DNA of 59,501 nt, counting the filler, from Sphacelaria rigidula (taxonomy: Eukaryota), in NCBI GenBank assembly GCA_964200075.2. It is 7 parts of 7 records of this genome, joined end to end, with 100 filler letters (N's around TTAATTAATTAA, not from the genome) between each part and the next. Parts side by side here need not be neighbours in the genome. Positions count along the whole stretch, not along the records: positions 34,061 to 42,474 come from CAXNAA020011222.1; positions 42,575 to 50,988 come from CAXNAA020011223.1; positions 51,089 to 59,501 come from CAXNAA020011224.1; 4 more parts are not named here. One strand, 5' to 3'. Shown here one piece after another: positions 39,346 to 52,109 of this stretch. A program made the translations under genes and the position numbers. Numbering within the stretch: the first letter of the stretch is position 1; each line of letters begins with the position of its first letter. The notes beneath the pieces were generated by a model that was not told the DNA's origin, made no database searches, and worked only from the letters and a program-made list of their open reading frames with translations.

Positions 39346-39795
39346 GGTGTGAAGAACTCATTTTCTAAACGGCTTTTTTGCCACTTCTCCGTCCTTTTAC
39401 GCCCGAAAAAAGGGTTGGTTAGGCGGGTGTTGACACCTTGGAGTGGCTTGCTCTGTACTGGTTGAGACCGTTCTATTGTAGGGTACCTTCGCGCTTTCCG
39501 TAGGTTACAGCCTTGTTTTCGGCGAAACTTGCAATTTCAACAATAAACGGTCAAGTTATAAAAAAACAGGCGGTTTTCCTCTTTCTTTATGACTTGACCG
39601 TTTGTTATTGACGATGCAAGTTTCGCTCGAAACAAAGACTATGGCCTAGGGCAAACGCAAAGGTGCTCTGGAGCGGTCTCAACCATTACAGAGGCAAGCC
39701 ATTCCAAGGTTCCCGCCTAACCAACCCTCTTTTCGGGCGAAAAACGATAGAGATGAGCCAAAAAGGCACTGCTTGACAAATTTATCTTTCGACAC
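39346..39795. mobile_element. Foldback MITE (long imperfect palindrome)
   Basis: GGGTTGGTTAGGCGGG/CCCGCCTAACCAACCC, GGTTGAGACCG/CGGTCTCAACC, AAACGGTCAAGT/ACTTGACCGTTT. Centre at ~39570. Confidence 0.85.
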
Positions 39796-40556
39796 ATGAG
39801 GAGTGGCCGAATAGGCACCCAAGAGTTGAGTAGAGTACTGAGATCCTACCACCTATATTTGCCATTACTTGGATGGAATTTGGATATCAGACCATCTGAA
39901 TACAATATTCGGGAGAGTAAATACCCACGAAAAAACTCTGCGTGCAAACCACATGTTTATGGGCGTCCGGTCCCATAAGGGTAAATTTTATCCAACACAC
40001 CCTCTCAATTTTTTGAAGGACCCTGATGAGCAACTAGCGGCCATGTGAGCCCACTCTACTGTCATCCTTCTAGGATCGGCGAGGCTGTCCGATCAATCGG
40101 TTTCCCGCGGCGAGCACTGAGGGGGTTAACCCTTCGACAGAGAGAGTGGATCATTTGTTGAGTGGGCATCATGCACGAAAAATCACCAAGGCCCACATGG
40201 GTCCACCCTGGCGGTCAATTGGTCAAAAATACTGTCGCCGCTAAAAATCCGACCAAATACGTGGTGTATGAATAGTGAAGGTGCCCTCACGAGGACCCTG
40301 ATACCCTGGCGTCCTAGCTTCCCTCGGATAATCCCTCGGGGAAAATTGCCTTATTTATTTTCTGTTGATGCCACTGCGTATCTCAAGTTGATTTTTTGAC
40401 GTCAGCATAGGTCATCTGTTGAATCGGCATCGAGTTCACTTAAAAATAAAATACATGACCCGCATGACTACTTACCCTCGCGATCTAACGCCTTTCGCCT
40501 CCGCCTTTCGTTTTGGTGTGTGGACCATGACATCATTTGGTAATTTGGTACTGCAG

Positions 40557-40732
40557 GCGACGTGGACGAGGCGTTGGCGCTGGTGCACGCGTCGGATGGG
40601 ATAGCTCGAGCTCGGGACGTTGCTGTGGTGCAGGCGGAGAAGGCGATGGATGCAGTTCTAACTTTGCAACAGTCTCCGGCGAGAGATGCTTTGGTGCAGC
40701 TGGCGCACAAGATCGTCAACCGCAATCACTGA
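40557..40732 (+). CDS. Terminal exon of a long-chain trans-polyprenyl (solanesyl/decaprenyl) diphosphate synthase, COQ1/PDSS1/SPS family
   Basis: CTGCAG| acceptor (phase 1). Reads (G)DVDEALALVHASDGIARARDVAVVQAEKAMDAVLTLQQSPARDALVQLAHKIVNRNH*, the typical C-terminal helices of this family. Not in the ORF track. Confidence 0.82.
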
Positions 40733-42262
40733 TTGCTGATATCACTGCGGAAGCCGGTGCCAACTTTGTCGATGGAGATTCAGGAATCCCTTTAGTCGCC
40801 AGGGATGTTCATCTGGGTCTTGGAGTGATGCTTCAAGTGAAGATGATGCCGATTCATCAGATGATCATCTCCACCTGGCGGGGAAACGTTTAAAATATTG
40901 CAGGTGGTGCATTTTATGATTTGTCAACCGCAATTAGTCACTGGTCGATTCTTGATGCCAACCCCAATGTTGATGAAACCTCTTTTTTTGAAAGAGTGCT
41001 GCGAATATCGAATTATTTTCAAGATTTTGTTGGTGGCACATTACACCATATGTCATCCGTAACCATGGGAGAACATTTTTGGTCTGGGGGGGGGGCGGGA
41101 GTTGGGCAGGCAGTAGCAAAGCCGTCTGCAGCTCCCGGTTCATGCTAAGAGTAGTGCAGAAAGTTTTGCACGTTCCTTTGAAAATGAAAACCGTCCGGTG
41201 TATATCGGCCGTCTTGTGTGTACCCGCGTGATACTTGGTGTTTGCTGCTGCGTTGCACGTATTTTTTTTTGTTACTGCTGCAGTCGTGGTAGAGTGCGGC
41301 CTAGTTTGGGGATAGTGTGTGCAGTCTTTCTCTGCTCCTCCTGCTTACAATGATACGGGATATTAGCGGGTTCAACGGAGGTTTCTAAAACTCGAGACTC
41401 CCGTTTTGTTTTCACGATAGTTTGCAGTTTAATATGTCGGGAAGCTCGTGTTTGAGATAGCGTTTCTGATAACTATTTTCATACAATCGTTTAATCGCCA
41501 GGGTGGGTGATTTGCGTCTTGTCACTCATGCCAAGCCCTTACTTCACCGCCACCCTAGGTCATCTGCTGAATCGGCATCAATTTCGCTTGAAAAATCAAT
41601 CCATGACCCTTGCATGACCCAGATTATCACATGACCCACGCGGTCAGTGGGTTGTAGCGGAAATGATATGATGCGCACGTATCCAAGAGATTACCCACTC
41701 CGGCGGACAGAGGGCCCTCGAACGCCACACCTCTTTTTGGAGTAACAATTACCAACTGGTCTATGGGGCCGCCAACCCCCGGCGCTGCTGTACTGTCTGT
41801 AGTTAACTACAATAGTCATCCCCGCTTGCGGGCACGGCCTCTGGTGAGAGGATTCCAATGAAGTATGTAGTGCATACCGCATACCATGTATTCCGTGGGT
41901 GCCAATCCCTCACTTGTGTAAACTGTTAAATTGAAGCAGCTGTTGTCGACAGGTTTCCAGGCCTTCAACTAGATACGACGAGTATGGCTCATCTGATGAG
42001 GTGGTTAACGAGGCCCAACGGATGGGTTACATTCTTGCGTGTCGGCTGCTACTTGTTGTGCTGTTTCGGGTTGCGGCCTCGCTCTCTCTGTGTGTACCTG
42101 TCTTGTTTCTCCCTCTAGCTGGCTTTGCATCACCGCATCACCGTATCACCGCATCACCGAGGGTTTCAATACCTTGCTGGTGTGCAGCCAGAGACTCGAC
42201 CAGGTGTTCACAACCCAACAGACAGTGGCGCATCTCCTCATGCTTGTAGAAACACTCAACGG

Positions 42263-42474
42263 CAGTGTTGTGAACCGAAGCTGAAAATGGCTCGGTCGGT
42301 TTTTCGGCTTTTCTCGAAAAAGTCGGTCGGTTTCGGTCGGTTTTTTTGAAAAAACCGAAAAAAACCGAAACCGAAACCGAGCACTTCTCGGTCGGTTTTT
42401 CGGTCGGTTTTTCGACGAAACGAAAAAACAAAAATATTTTTTCGAATTTTTGAAGAGCTCGTTGCGCAATACGG
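42263..42474 (+). mobile_element. Left end of a hAT-like element (CAGTGTTG terminus, ACCGA/TCGGT subterminal repeats)
   Basis: CAGTGTTGTGAACCGAA followed by many CGGTCGGTTTT/AAAACCG motifs, truncated by the scaffold end. Confidence 0.6.
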
Positions 42475-42813
42475 NNNNNNNNNNNNNNNNNNNNNNNNNN
42501 NNNNNNNNNNNNNNNNNNTTAATTAATTAANNNNNNNNNNNNNNNNNNNNNNNNNNNNNNNNNNNNNNNNNNNNGACGAGACTCAAGGCCCCAAATACCG
42601 CCAACCAAATAACTAAGAATCACAACGTTCCATCTTGCGGCCTCTTACCAATGCAAATATCGATTCTTCTCTGCCTCTCTTTTTGGACAGGACGCGCCTC
42701 TGTGCGGTGCAGAACACGTCGCTAAAAGACAGGGCGATGTTCCCGTCACCACTACTATTCTCTGTCACAAACATGCCAGCAAAGATAGTGTTGCGGCAAT
42801 ATCAGATCCAACC

Positions 42814-43059
42814 TGTAGCCAAGACATACCAAGGCGTAGTAAATGTAGCATGTAAGATCCTGGATGATGACCAGGGGAGAAGGGCATCCTGTGGATGATG
42901 ACCCCTGCTGTGTAGCCCATGCCTGGAGGTACAGGCCGCAGCTGTTTACTCCGAGGTAATAACAAGTAAGTGAGAAGAAAGGACTTGTTGAGCACGAGGC
43001 CAGTGCTACTGGAGGAGTCCCTCGTGGATAGTCCTCTTGTCCAGATCGTCTGGCAGAGG
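42814..43059 (+). repeat. 5' LTR (last few bases and PBS missing)
   Basis: Direct repeat of 46657-46898. Confidence 0.93.
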
Positions 43060-46000
43060 GAATAATATTGAGATTTTATTTTTCCGGCACTCTGTTAGAG
43101 GAGCTTTGGCTGAGGAGAGATCGGGCAGCAGCATAGAGCCAGTTCAGGCCGCAGACGGAAGACAGCTTACAGCGCACAGCGTTTGGAGGAACACACTCCG
43201 CTGGAGGGACGCTCAAGTAGGGCAAGAGTCCATCCGTGATTTTTTAGTCATAGAGAACATGGCTCAAGCGGCAACGAAGCCGCTGGTTTAGGATAAACCG
43301 TTAGAAACGTCAAAGTATGGCAAGCGCAAGCAACAGGAACAGGTGCCGACGTCGCGAGCGTTTTTCACTCGTTCGTGTTACAATTGTGGAGACCATGGGC
43401 ATATTTTAAGAAGTTGCCCCAAGCCTCGCGCTAAAGGCGCTGCGCAAGGAAATGCGCGAGATGGGTCAAGATCTCGAGGCGGTCGTTATGGCGGACAAAG
43501 TCGGAGCAACCAGAGATACGGGTGCAGGGGCAGGGGCCAAAAACGAAACCAAGCGACGGAGAAGTGTAAACCCTCCGCTACTGTATCCCTAAGTGAGTTT
43601 TCAAGTGATGACGCTAGCTCTCCAGGTTCGTCTGTGTCGGGATGGCTAACATATGTGGGAGGAGGTAGCACTTTGGTGGGGAGTGCTGGAGCGGAAGGCT
43701 CACAACTCATAGGCCCGGCAGGATTCGTGTCGGGTGTATCTTCCACTGTTGCGACGAATGCAAAAGCATCGATGTCAAGTGCTGGAGCGCTGCCTTGGCG
43801 TCGAGTGGCTCTAGGTACTAACCAGAGTTTTTCTTCGGCAGATGTGGTACCTGTCGACCGTAGCGCAGAATGCTTGCGCGCCGATCTATGATTACCCGGT
43901 TCTGTTGGTTCATTTATGGCTCGCGTTTTTCTCGACTCTGGATCAGCACTCACATCAATAAGTGTGGGTTGCTGCAACATATGTCTTCACAGTTTGGATG
44001 CGCCCAGCTACAGCTACCATTTGAAAATGGACTGCAAATAGCACAGAGCCCCACGGGTGCGCCCGTGTCTGTTTCTCATAAAACGGGGTCTATTGCTGTA
44101 AGTGTGCGAACGCCGTGGGGCGCTGTGGAGATGTCGCCAATCACTTTCGTGATCATGCCTGGCAACGATGACGTGGTGTTGTTTGGCATGGTGACTATGA
44201 AGGAACTCGGAGTAGGTTTGTATCCGCTGGCTTTGAAAAAGTTACGCCCGCGTGCTGTGCCGGTGCAGACCGGCGTGAACAACCCTAGTTATCTTTCGAC
44301 TAGGCGGGTGATCGTCACTGAGTGGTCGCTTCAAAGTGAGAGCAAGAAGGATACAGGTGGGAAGGAAGAGGAAGCTCCTGAGAGTGGAGCCGTACCGCCT
44401 ATGAGGGGGCAGCCACAGTCACAGGCGACGGCTGCGAAGGTCCAGCCCAATTGCAACGATCCGGTGAAGGCTGGGTGGCTAGCTTCGTGCGTTGCAGTTT
44501 TGATGGCGTTTGGGTTACTATACTGCAGTTTGCAGTCAAGCTTGGAGAGAGCGGCGATGGACATTCCGGAAAATTTATGCTCTCGGCGGGTGAGCGAATC
44601 CAATTTGGGGGCGCACATTCCTCTTCCCCACGAGGGTATGGTGCATGGTGGGGATAAGGTGCACGTTACTCGCCCGGAGGAGGTGATGAAATTCAATTTC
44701 CTCAGCGATGGAGCGAGTGGTCAGCTGGAAAATGGTGGGTTGGACGACGGAGATCCGATCCAAGATAATTTGGGTATCACAGACGATGTGAGCAACTTCG
44801 TGTGGTAGGAGCCCGCGGAGTCTAATGTGGAGGCGAAGAAGGTGGAGCATTTTCTGACATGGTTCAAAGCAAAAGCGATGGGGTCGCCGGAGGTATGGGT
44901 CGGCGATACGGGAGGGCATGTGAAGAATTGTGCGGTGAGAGCGTTTAGTAAGGCGCTGATGGATCGTAGATTTCGGATGGTCAATTCGCCGTTGTCCCAT
45001 CGTGAATGTAAGCGAATTATGCGTGATATTGCTCATATGATGTCAGGTCAGGTGCTTAATGAGGATGGTGTGATGCCCTCGAGAGCTGTTGCTATGCGGG
45101 ACTGTATAGTTATTCCCATTCCACCTCTTGTTTTGCCTAAAAAACGACTGAAACAGGAGAAGTCGTCGATGCGCAAGCTTTTGTAGAGGCAGAGTATTAG
45201 TCGCATTGGTTCGGCAGTACGGATATGCTGTTTGGTGGCATGCTGAGATGCACTATGGGGGCGCTAGTTGTGGCTACTACGAGCTACCGTACGAGAGGAA
45301 TTGTTGCTCTATGGTTTGCAGAAGGTAGTGGTTCCAGTGCTGCTACTTCGCAGGAGCGGACTGGAAGCCTACAAAGCGGGGATCATCTGAGATGAGTGAT
45401 ATAGTGGTGAGCTCTGGATTGAATATTGTTGAGGAGCAAGTACTTGTGAGGGTGCTTGTTGGGCATGAGGACACACATGATGACTGGTATTTCCGAATCG
45501 TTTTCTGACGATTAAAGGTTGTCATAGTGTGCTTTTTGGGCCATATTTGTGTTGCTATTCGTGCATGAAGCATGGCAATAGAGCGGGTGTGCTCGGGCTG
45601 CGTTCGCTGGAAAATGCCGGTGTACGCGTGGAATTTGGTATGCGTGTGTTGTGCTGCTCTGAATAGCATGCATGATGCATGGTTTGTGCAACACGGGTTG
45701 CATTGCAGGTCCTGAGTCAAATATTGGCATGCATGTACGAATTTTCGTATGCTGAGTGAGATCTTGGCATGCATGTGTGGAATTTTCGCTCAAATGCTAC
45801 TGACGTGCATGGTGTCTGATGATCGTCAGGGTGAGGCAGTTAACGAAATACTGCTGAATGATGTATGTAATAAGGCTCGTATTGACTGTAGGGGATGGTG
45901 ACTGCTGCTGATGACGTGAAAATGGGCTGAAACTACGAAATGCGTGGGCTCGTTGTCTGAGCAGAGATCACACGAGTTTTCGTGTTTTTGGGGATCGAAG

Positions 46001-46656
46001 AATGATGCACGTATGAACACTGATCCTTGCCCGTGGCACGTTTTTGGCGATACTGTTCATGGTATTGCGCCAGGTGAGGTTGTTCGATTTGATTTTTGTA
46101 TGTCGGAAGTAGCAAAATTGACGGTACTAACTGCCTGATGGTTTGCTGTACGTTTGTTATCCCGGATGATTTGACGGATTTCGTTTGGTTGGAACCAACC
46201 GAGGCTTGCACTACCGAGGTTACAGCTGAGCATTTGTTGCAATGGTGCAAGAGTTCGGGGGTGCGGCGTGTGTGGGTTAGTGATACCGCCACGCAATTCA
46301 AGAACCAAGTACAAGAATCGCGCAGCAGAGCGACGCGCTGGAGGTGCAACACCCATTTGATGTTGCGGATACCCATTAGTCGAATGGTTCTGAAGCAATG
46401 GTCATGTGATTGTTTTGGTCGATTGAGATGGATTCGGTGCTGAAAAAAGTACGTAGAAGTCTCTTCGGAAGATCAATATTTCTGCGCCTGAAATTCTTGC
46501 GCAGGAATTGCGTGAACTGAGGTCGACTCGGGCGCTGACAAGTGAATTAGCGTCCGAGTATGGCATTTCTTTGTGATTTGGAGCATGCCAATTCGCCTTG
46601 TTTTTGTTGTTGTTTGTTAAGCTCGTTCGTTTGTCTTGAACTCGCTTTGGGGGTGC

Positions 46657-46903
46657 TGTAGCCAAGACATACCAAAGCGTAGTAAATGTAGCATGTCGGA
46701 TCCTGGATGATGACCAGAGGACAAGGGCATCCTGTGGATGATGATCCTTGCTGTGTAGCCTATGCCTGGAGGTGCAGGCCGCAGCTGTTTACTCCGAGGT
46801 AATGACAAGTGAGAAGAAAGGACTTGTTGAGCACGAGGCCAGTGCTACTGGAGGAGTCCCTCGTGGATAGTCCTCTTGTCCAGATCGTCTGGCAGAGGCT
46901 ATA
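46657..46903 (+). repeat. 3' LTR
   Basis: Follows the PPT-like tract, has inverted termini TGTAGCC/GGCTATA, and is followed by AACC. Confidence 0.93.
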
Positions 46904-46961
46904 AACCGCAACTTGCGGGGTGTTATGAATCGTCAGTTTTATCCGACATGTGCACCTAAGG

Positions 46962-47396
46962 CGGGATTTTACAAATTCGGGATAATTTTTTTATTGAGGA
47001 TGAGTACCGGGATGATTAAAAGCTTCGTATCCACACTTTATCTTCAAAATTAAGTTGCATTCCTTCACCTACTGGCAGCTACTGACAACTACTACACGTC
47101 ATACAATTTTGGATCATGATAACCGACATGTTTGGCTCCTAGGTGAAAAAACATTTTTGGAGAATCTAGATGATCCGATCACATCGCAGAAATTCCCCCA
47201 AATTGGTCTTTCACCTAGAACCCCAACATTTCGGGTATCGAAATCTAAGTTTTTATGGTGTGTAGCAGTTGTCAATGGCTACCAGCAAGTGAAGGAATGG
47301 AACAGTATTTCGAAGATTTGGTGTGGACACCAAGATATTAATTTTCTGGGTTTCTAATCCTCAATAAAAACTCCATCCCCAATTCATTAAATCCCG
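46962..47396. mobile_element. Foldback MITE (long imperfect palindrome)
   Basis: Arms pair along their length, e.g. ATTGAGGAT/ATCCTCAAT, CATTCCTTCAC/GTGAAGGAATG, CTAGGTGAAA/TTTCACCTAG. Centre at ~47179. Confidence 0.8.
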
Positions 47397-47816
47397 TGTT
47401 ACCTGTGCGTGCACGGCAAAAGCGTGCCACACGCCAGTTGGGGGGATGTATGAAATATCAAACACTTGTGGACACCTTCTTATCATGCAGAGTGGAAAAA
47501 GATACCTATGGTGGTGACCTAACTGTTCTTGACGTGGCGCATGGGGGTGCCTTCATGCTGAAGTCTGGAGAATCACCCGCTGCGTGTATGTCGCGGTATC
47601 TTCCGAGAACTCCCATTTGAGTAGGTCATTCATTACAAGCTATGACTAGATATATTTTACGAGGAACAAGAGTGCTCTATGATCAACCACCTGTCGTTGC
47701 ATTCGAGGCCCACGCTATCAAACGCCGATTCCAAACATTTTGCGGCTTTCGAGTAACGCTGGCGGCGGTGCACCAGACGAAACCGGTCATAGCTAGCTTT
47801 CGCTGCTCTACTGATA

Positions 47817-49264
47817 TGGGCGCGCCTGACCCCCCAAAATGAGCCCAAAACGTGTCACCGACCAAATGCACGAACAGACCGGAGATCTCGTTCATCCCCT
47901 GATTATGCACGCCGTAGAATCCCCCAAACTACTTGTGACCTGAGTGCGGTTTTCACTCGACGATTTCCTATTTTCGTTGTCCCGGGCTGCGAGCCATGGT
48001 GTGCCTAGGCTACTCACCGGCGTGTACTTGTCCAAGCTACAATCTGGAAGCATTGTGGAACCAAAGGAGTCATGGTGATCGAGAAAATCGCAAAAAAAAC
48101 ATGTTTTCCCCACTTGAATTGTTGTAAACCTTGGATCGCGATGGTATATGAAAAATCGACCACGGGATTTGTAGCTGTTGTCTCGGCGCAGATGATGCAA
48201 AAAATCGCATCCCAATCGATGACCTTGGCGATGAGTAATGGGGGCAACCGTTTGGGCTATGAGCGCAAACCAGCGCCTCCAACCCTCGCCGGTTTTCACG
48301 ACATGCGAAAATGTCACCCCGTCCAAGGGCTCAGAATAGATTACACCCATGAATGACTTTTGATAGTGGTACGGACGACAGTGAAAAATAGTGCAGATGG
48401 TTGATACATCGCATGTCTGGAATGTTGGAAAAGTGTACAAGCTGGACATTCGACTGACCCCCCATAATAAGCTGTGTCGGGGAGACACATACCCCTGTTG
48501 TCTGTGCATCGCTCGTGTCGACGGAAATAGTAGCGCTCGGTCTCCTGCACCGAGTGCAATCGCCTATTTATCTATAGCGCACGTTGGTTTTTAATCTTAC
48601 TTGGTGTCAAGTATGGGAACCCACCCGTACTACAGATATGGGAATCTTCGGGTTCATCCCGGTCACGGGGACGTGCCCCTGCTCCTCCTACCGGTGCACC
48701 GTCCTGGTTTTGCGGACCCCTTGGAAGCGACTGCGCAATGTTAGCGGCTTCGCCCGACATGATTCGCCAACACTCATGTAGAGTATTTCGCGTTCTACGT
48801 GCCTATCTGCGAGTGCTCGCAAGTAGACACGTCGGCTACAACGCAACACGGGGTTAACCCTTGGATGGCGAGAGCAGGTAATCTGCCGAATCGGCATCAA
48901 TTTATCTTGCAAACAGAATGCATTATCCAAATGGACTACCCTCGCAGTTGGCTTTGTTTTCATGGCCCATTCGTTTTTGCTCTAACCATAGTTTCCGTTT
49001 TGGTTTCTGTACACGCCATGCCACTGCGTCGTTTTTTCGTCGGCAGTTTGGGTACGTTGTGATGCCACTACGGCGATGTTGGGGTTCTGAGTTCAGAATG
49101 CACTCAGCATTTTCTCGATGTGGATTTTGGATTTATGTCGTTCTCTTCCGATGACGTCACGCGCATTTTGCCCCAAGAGGCAGGATAAGCCGCAAAAATC
49201 GGTCTGTTCGTGCTTTTGGTCGGTGACACGTTCTTGGCTCATTTTGGGGGGTCAGGCGCGCCCA
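47817..49264. mobile_element. Non-autonomous DNA transposon with ~65-bp TIRs and TA flanks (Tc1/mariner-like)
   Basis: TA-TGGGCGCGCCTGACCCCCCAAAATGAGCC...GCACGAACAGACCG at the left end and its inverted copy ending GGCGCGCCCA-TA at the right. Confidence 0.85.
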
Positions 49265-49296
49265 TAACTGTACTCACTGTGGTTTGTACAACCACC

Positions 49297-50960
49297 TGTG
49301 ACGTCAGCCAGAAGAACAACTGGTGAACCACAGCTGTTGAGAGACTCCCTAGTCTCGCTGGCCTCAGTTTCAGTTGCTTCACAATCTTCCATTCCCCACC
49401 AGGCACCAACCTTCCAGAATCCTCCCAGAATCCTCTAGAGTCCCCGTGCCCCCGGTCATTATCCAGACCATCACTACCAATTCAGCGTAACGACGTATTT
49501 TCGTCACAGCACCCCCAAAGCACGTTGGATGAAAATCGATCAACAAACTTGACATATAGAAACGCCAAAAAGATGAGTAAGTCACAACTTAATACCAAAC
49601 TCACTCGTAATGCGAGCAGCAACGGCACGAGTCACGCGTAATTCACGCAACTCCCTCGTGAGAAATTCCGGAGCGACGTCAAAAATATCCTTGAAAGGCT
49701 CCAACGTACGCTCCTGAATTTCGAAACCAACCCAGTCGACCAGCACGATCAACGAACGATCGTCTGCTTCTGCCACTCGGACAATACCAACCATCTGAAA
49801 TTGCCCCTGATTGAAAGCGTGCTGGAACATGTCCTCAACGTCAGCCGTAGCATTAAGCTGCGAGCCTGCAAAAAACGCAAGCGAGCTACATGGGCGATCT
49901 GAACACGACCTGAAATAATGTTCTGGATCTCAAACACGTGCGGTTGGTGACCACCAACCACTCTCCACGGACCCGTCCACGTCGCCATCAACCTGGGCGT
50001 AACGCCTGGACGACGCACGCGTGCATACAAGACATAGTCGCCTGCCTCAAAGTTCGGCAGTTCCAGCCCCGACGAGGACCCCTCACGTCTACGCGTACGT
50101 TCAGCGGCAACACACTCCTGCACTTGAACGTGGAAATGTTCTTGCAAGTTCAAGACTTCTTGCAGTGCACGCATAATTTGACCATCATCCTACCATCACA
50201 ATTCCATTCCCCCGCCGACGAAAACGCCAACGAGTGATGCTGCGGTAGGGTCAGCACTTTTACGGCCTGAGAGTAGAATTGTTGGGAACCCTTTATCTAA
50301 TCCAAAACATGACTTTCGAAAAAGGTGAGAGTACGCCAGGGTTTTTCTTTCAATTTGCTAGGGATATCCCGAATGAATTTGCAAACGGGGATATCCTGGC
50401 CCATATTCTTGTGTAGTTCCTAATTTTAGGAACCCCTGAATCAGGACGGTTTTGGTCCCAAAAGTGCACACCCTGTCGCAGCATCACTTCGACACTGAGA
50501 AAGACGTCCGAGGAGCACGACCAAACATCACGTGATACGGCGTACTATCGTAACGACGACGATACGCTGTATTGAGCGCCCATTGCACCGCAGGCAACAC
50601 GTCAACTCACTCGGAAACCGCTCTACGCTGCTCGAGAAAAGTAGAGCGAAGGGCCCGAATTACTTCCTTGACCATGCATTCGCACGTGCTGTTAGACCAC
50701 GGAGAATACGACACCGCAAACTGGTGATCAACGCGCAAAGCCTCTCGCAATCGGGCCAAGATCGCATTCTTGAAATGCGTGGCGGTATCACTCACCCACA
50801 TACGCGGCATCCCCAAAGGTTTGCACCAATTCAGCAAAGATGCAGCAGTCGACCCAGTAGTACACACCACTACTGGTTCCAGAGACACGATGATTACCAA
50901 AATGTATCGAAACCCAGCATCCTCCGACAAACCTTGGGAAGCTAGCGTGCCACTCTAGCC
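49297..50960 (-). mobile_element. 3' part of a second Ty3/gypsy (chromovirus-like) element: degenerate integrase, chromodomain, 3' LTR
   Basis: LTR 49297-49508 with perfect TGTGACG...CGTCACA termini and PPT-like CTTTGGGGGTGC. Integrase core WVSDTATHFKN...SPWSNS, GPY/F-like WTGPWRV, chromodomain-like LVDWVGFEIQERTLEP. Confidence 0.9.
50233..50488. mobile_element. MITE inserted into the gypsy integrase
   Basis: ~29-bp imperfect TIRs AGTGATGCTGCGGTAGGGTCAGCACTTTT / AAAAGTGCACACCCTGTCGCAGCATCACT interrupt the integrase frame. Confidence 0.8.
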
Positions 50961-52109
50961 CAGACACTTTCTACGATAGCCCCCCCCCNNNNNNNNNNNN
51001 NNNNNNNNNNNNNNNNNNNNNNNNNNNNNNNNTTAATTAATTAANNNNNNNNNNNNNNNNNNNNNNNNNNNNNNNNNNNNNNNNNNNNGAAAACGGTAAA
51101 AATGGCGTGTTTGGCTGTTTTCGCGTTTCTGGCCATTGCCCTTAGAAAAAGTCGGGAATCTGAGCCCGACCAATTCTCCTTCCTTTTGCTTCGAAGGCTT
51201 TTTTGTGGGCCAGGGACCGGGTACACCAACTTTGCAGTGACATCATCACTCCCAGCGACAGCCCCCCTCCACTGGTTGTTCGGATGTGGTCGATAAGTTT
51301 TGCCTCGCGGTGATTGGGCAGGTCGCTCCCGGACTTGTTGAGTTTTATTTTACTGATACATGGTGAACCCCTTGTTACTGAGCCTCATTCCCAAAGGGTT
51401 AATAAAGGGCCTCGGGGGAACATATTCTACTGGGGGTATAGAACAACCGGTTCAAACCTACTTTCTGAAAACATACAACACGTTGGGTGTACGCTGCAGG
51501 TTCACGTGAATGCGCATCATAGCAGACTGCACGAAAGCAAGGAATTTCTTAGCGCAAAACGCATACTGCTTGTAGTGTTGGCCCTCGCGCATCGAATAGG
51601 CCCCACTGGCGCACTGCTGCTGGACGACTAGGTCGGTGCAAGTGTGAACCGGCCCGCCGCGATGGAGAAACAATCATGAGCGGCAGCAAACACGTTTTAC
51701 ACATCGATATCCTGAGGACCGTCATCGGCCATGCCGGCGGAAAAAATGTGCTTGGGAAGGAATTGCTGATATGATCTGTGGGCGCTACCGGAATTGACTA
51801 GATCGTGCCCCTCGAGAAATCGTAGCTGCGAAAAGCATTATCGGGGGGTGTTATGCTACGTCATGTATGGTTCGGACACAGGCATGTTTAGTTGTGTGCC
51901 GGTGCTGTGTCGTCAGTTGATCGGCCTCAATTTTTCGGAAACCAACCTGAATTCCCCACTCTCTGGCAGTTTCAAGAAGCGACTCCTGAAATACATAAGT
52001 CCTCCCGGCGTTCCCGCCACGGTCTTTCAGAAAACCGAGATCAAAAGCTCATCAGCCGGGGGTGTTATACTCTGTAACTACTGTGTCTGCAGTACAACAT
52101 AAACAGCAC

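Larger units (their letters stand above)
42814..46903 (+). mobile_element. Ty3/gypsy LTR retrotransposon, internally deleted and non-autonomous (~4.1 kb)
   Basis: LTRs at 42814-43059 and 46657-46903 (TGTAGCC...GGCTATA), 4-bp TSD AACC, PPT-like CTTTGGGGGTGC. Gag zinc knuckle CYNCGDHGHILRSC (~43375), protease LDSGS (43931), integrase remnant VWVSDTATQFKN (~46270). No RT/RNaseH seen. Confidence 0.92.
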
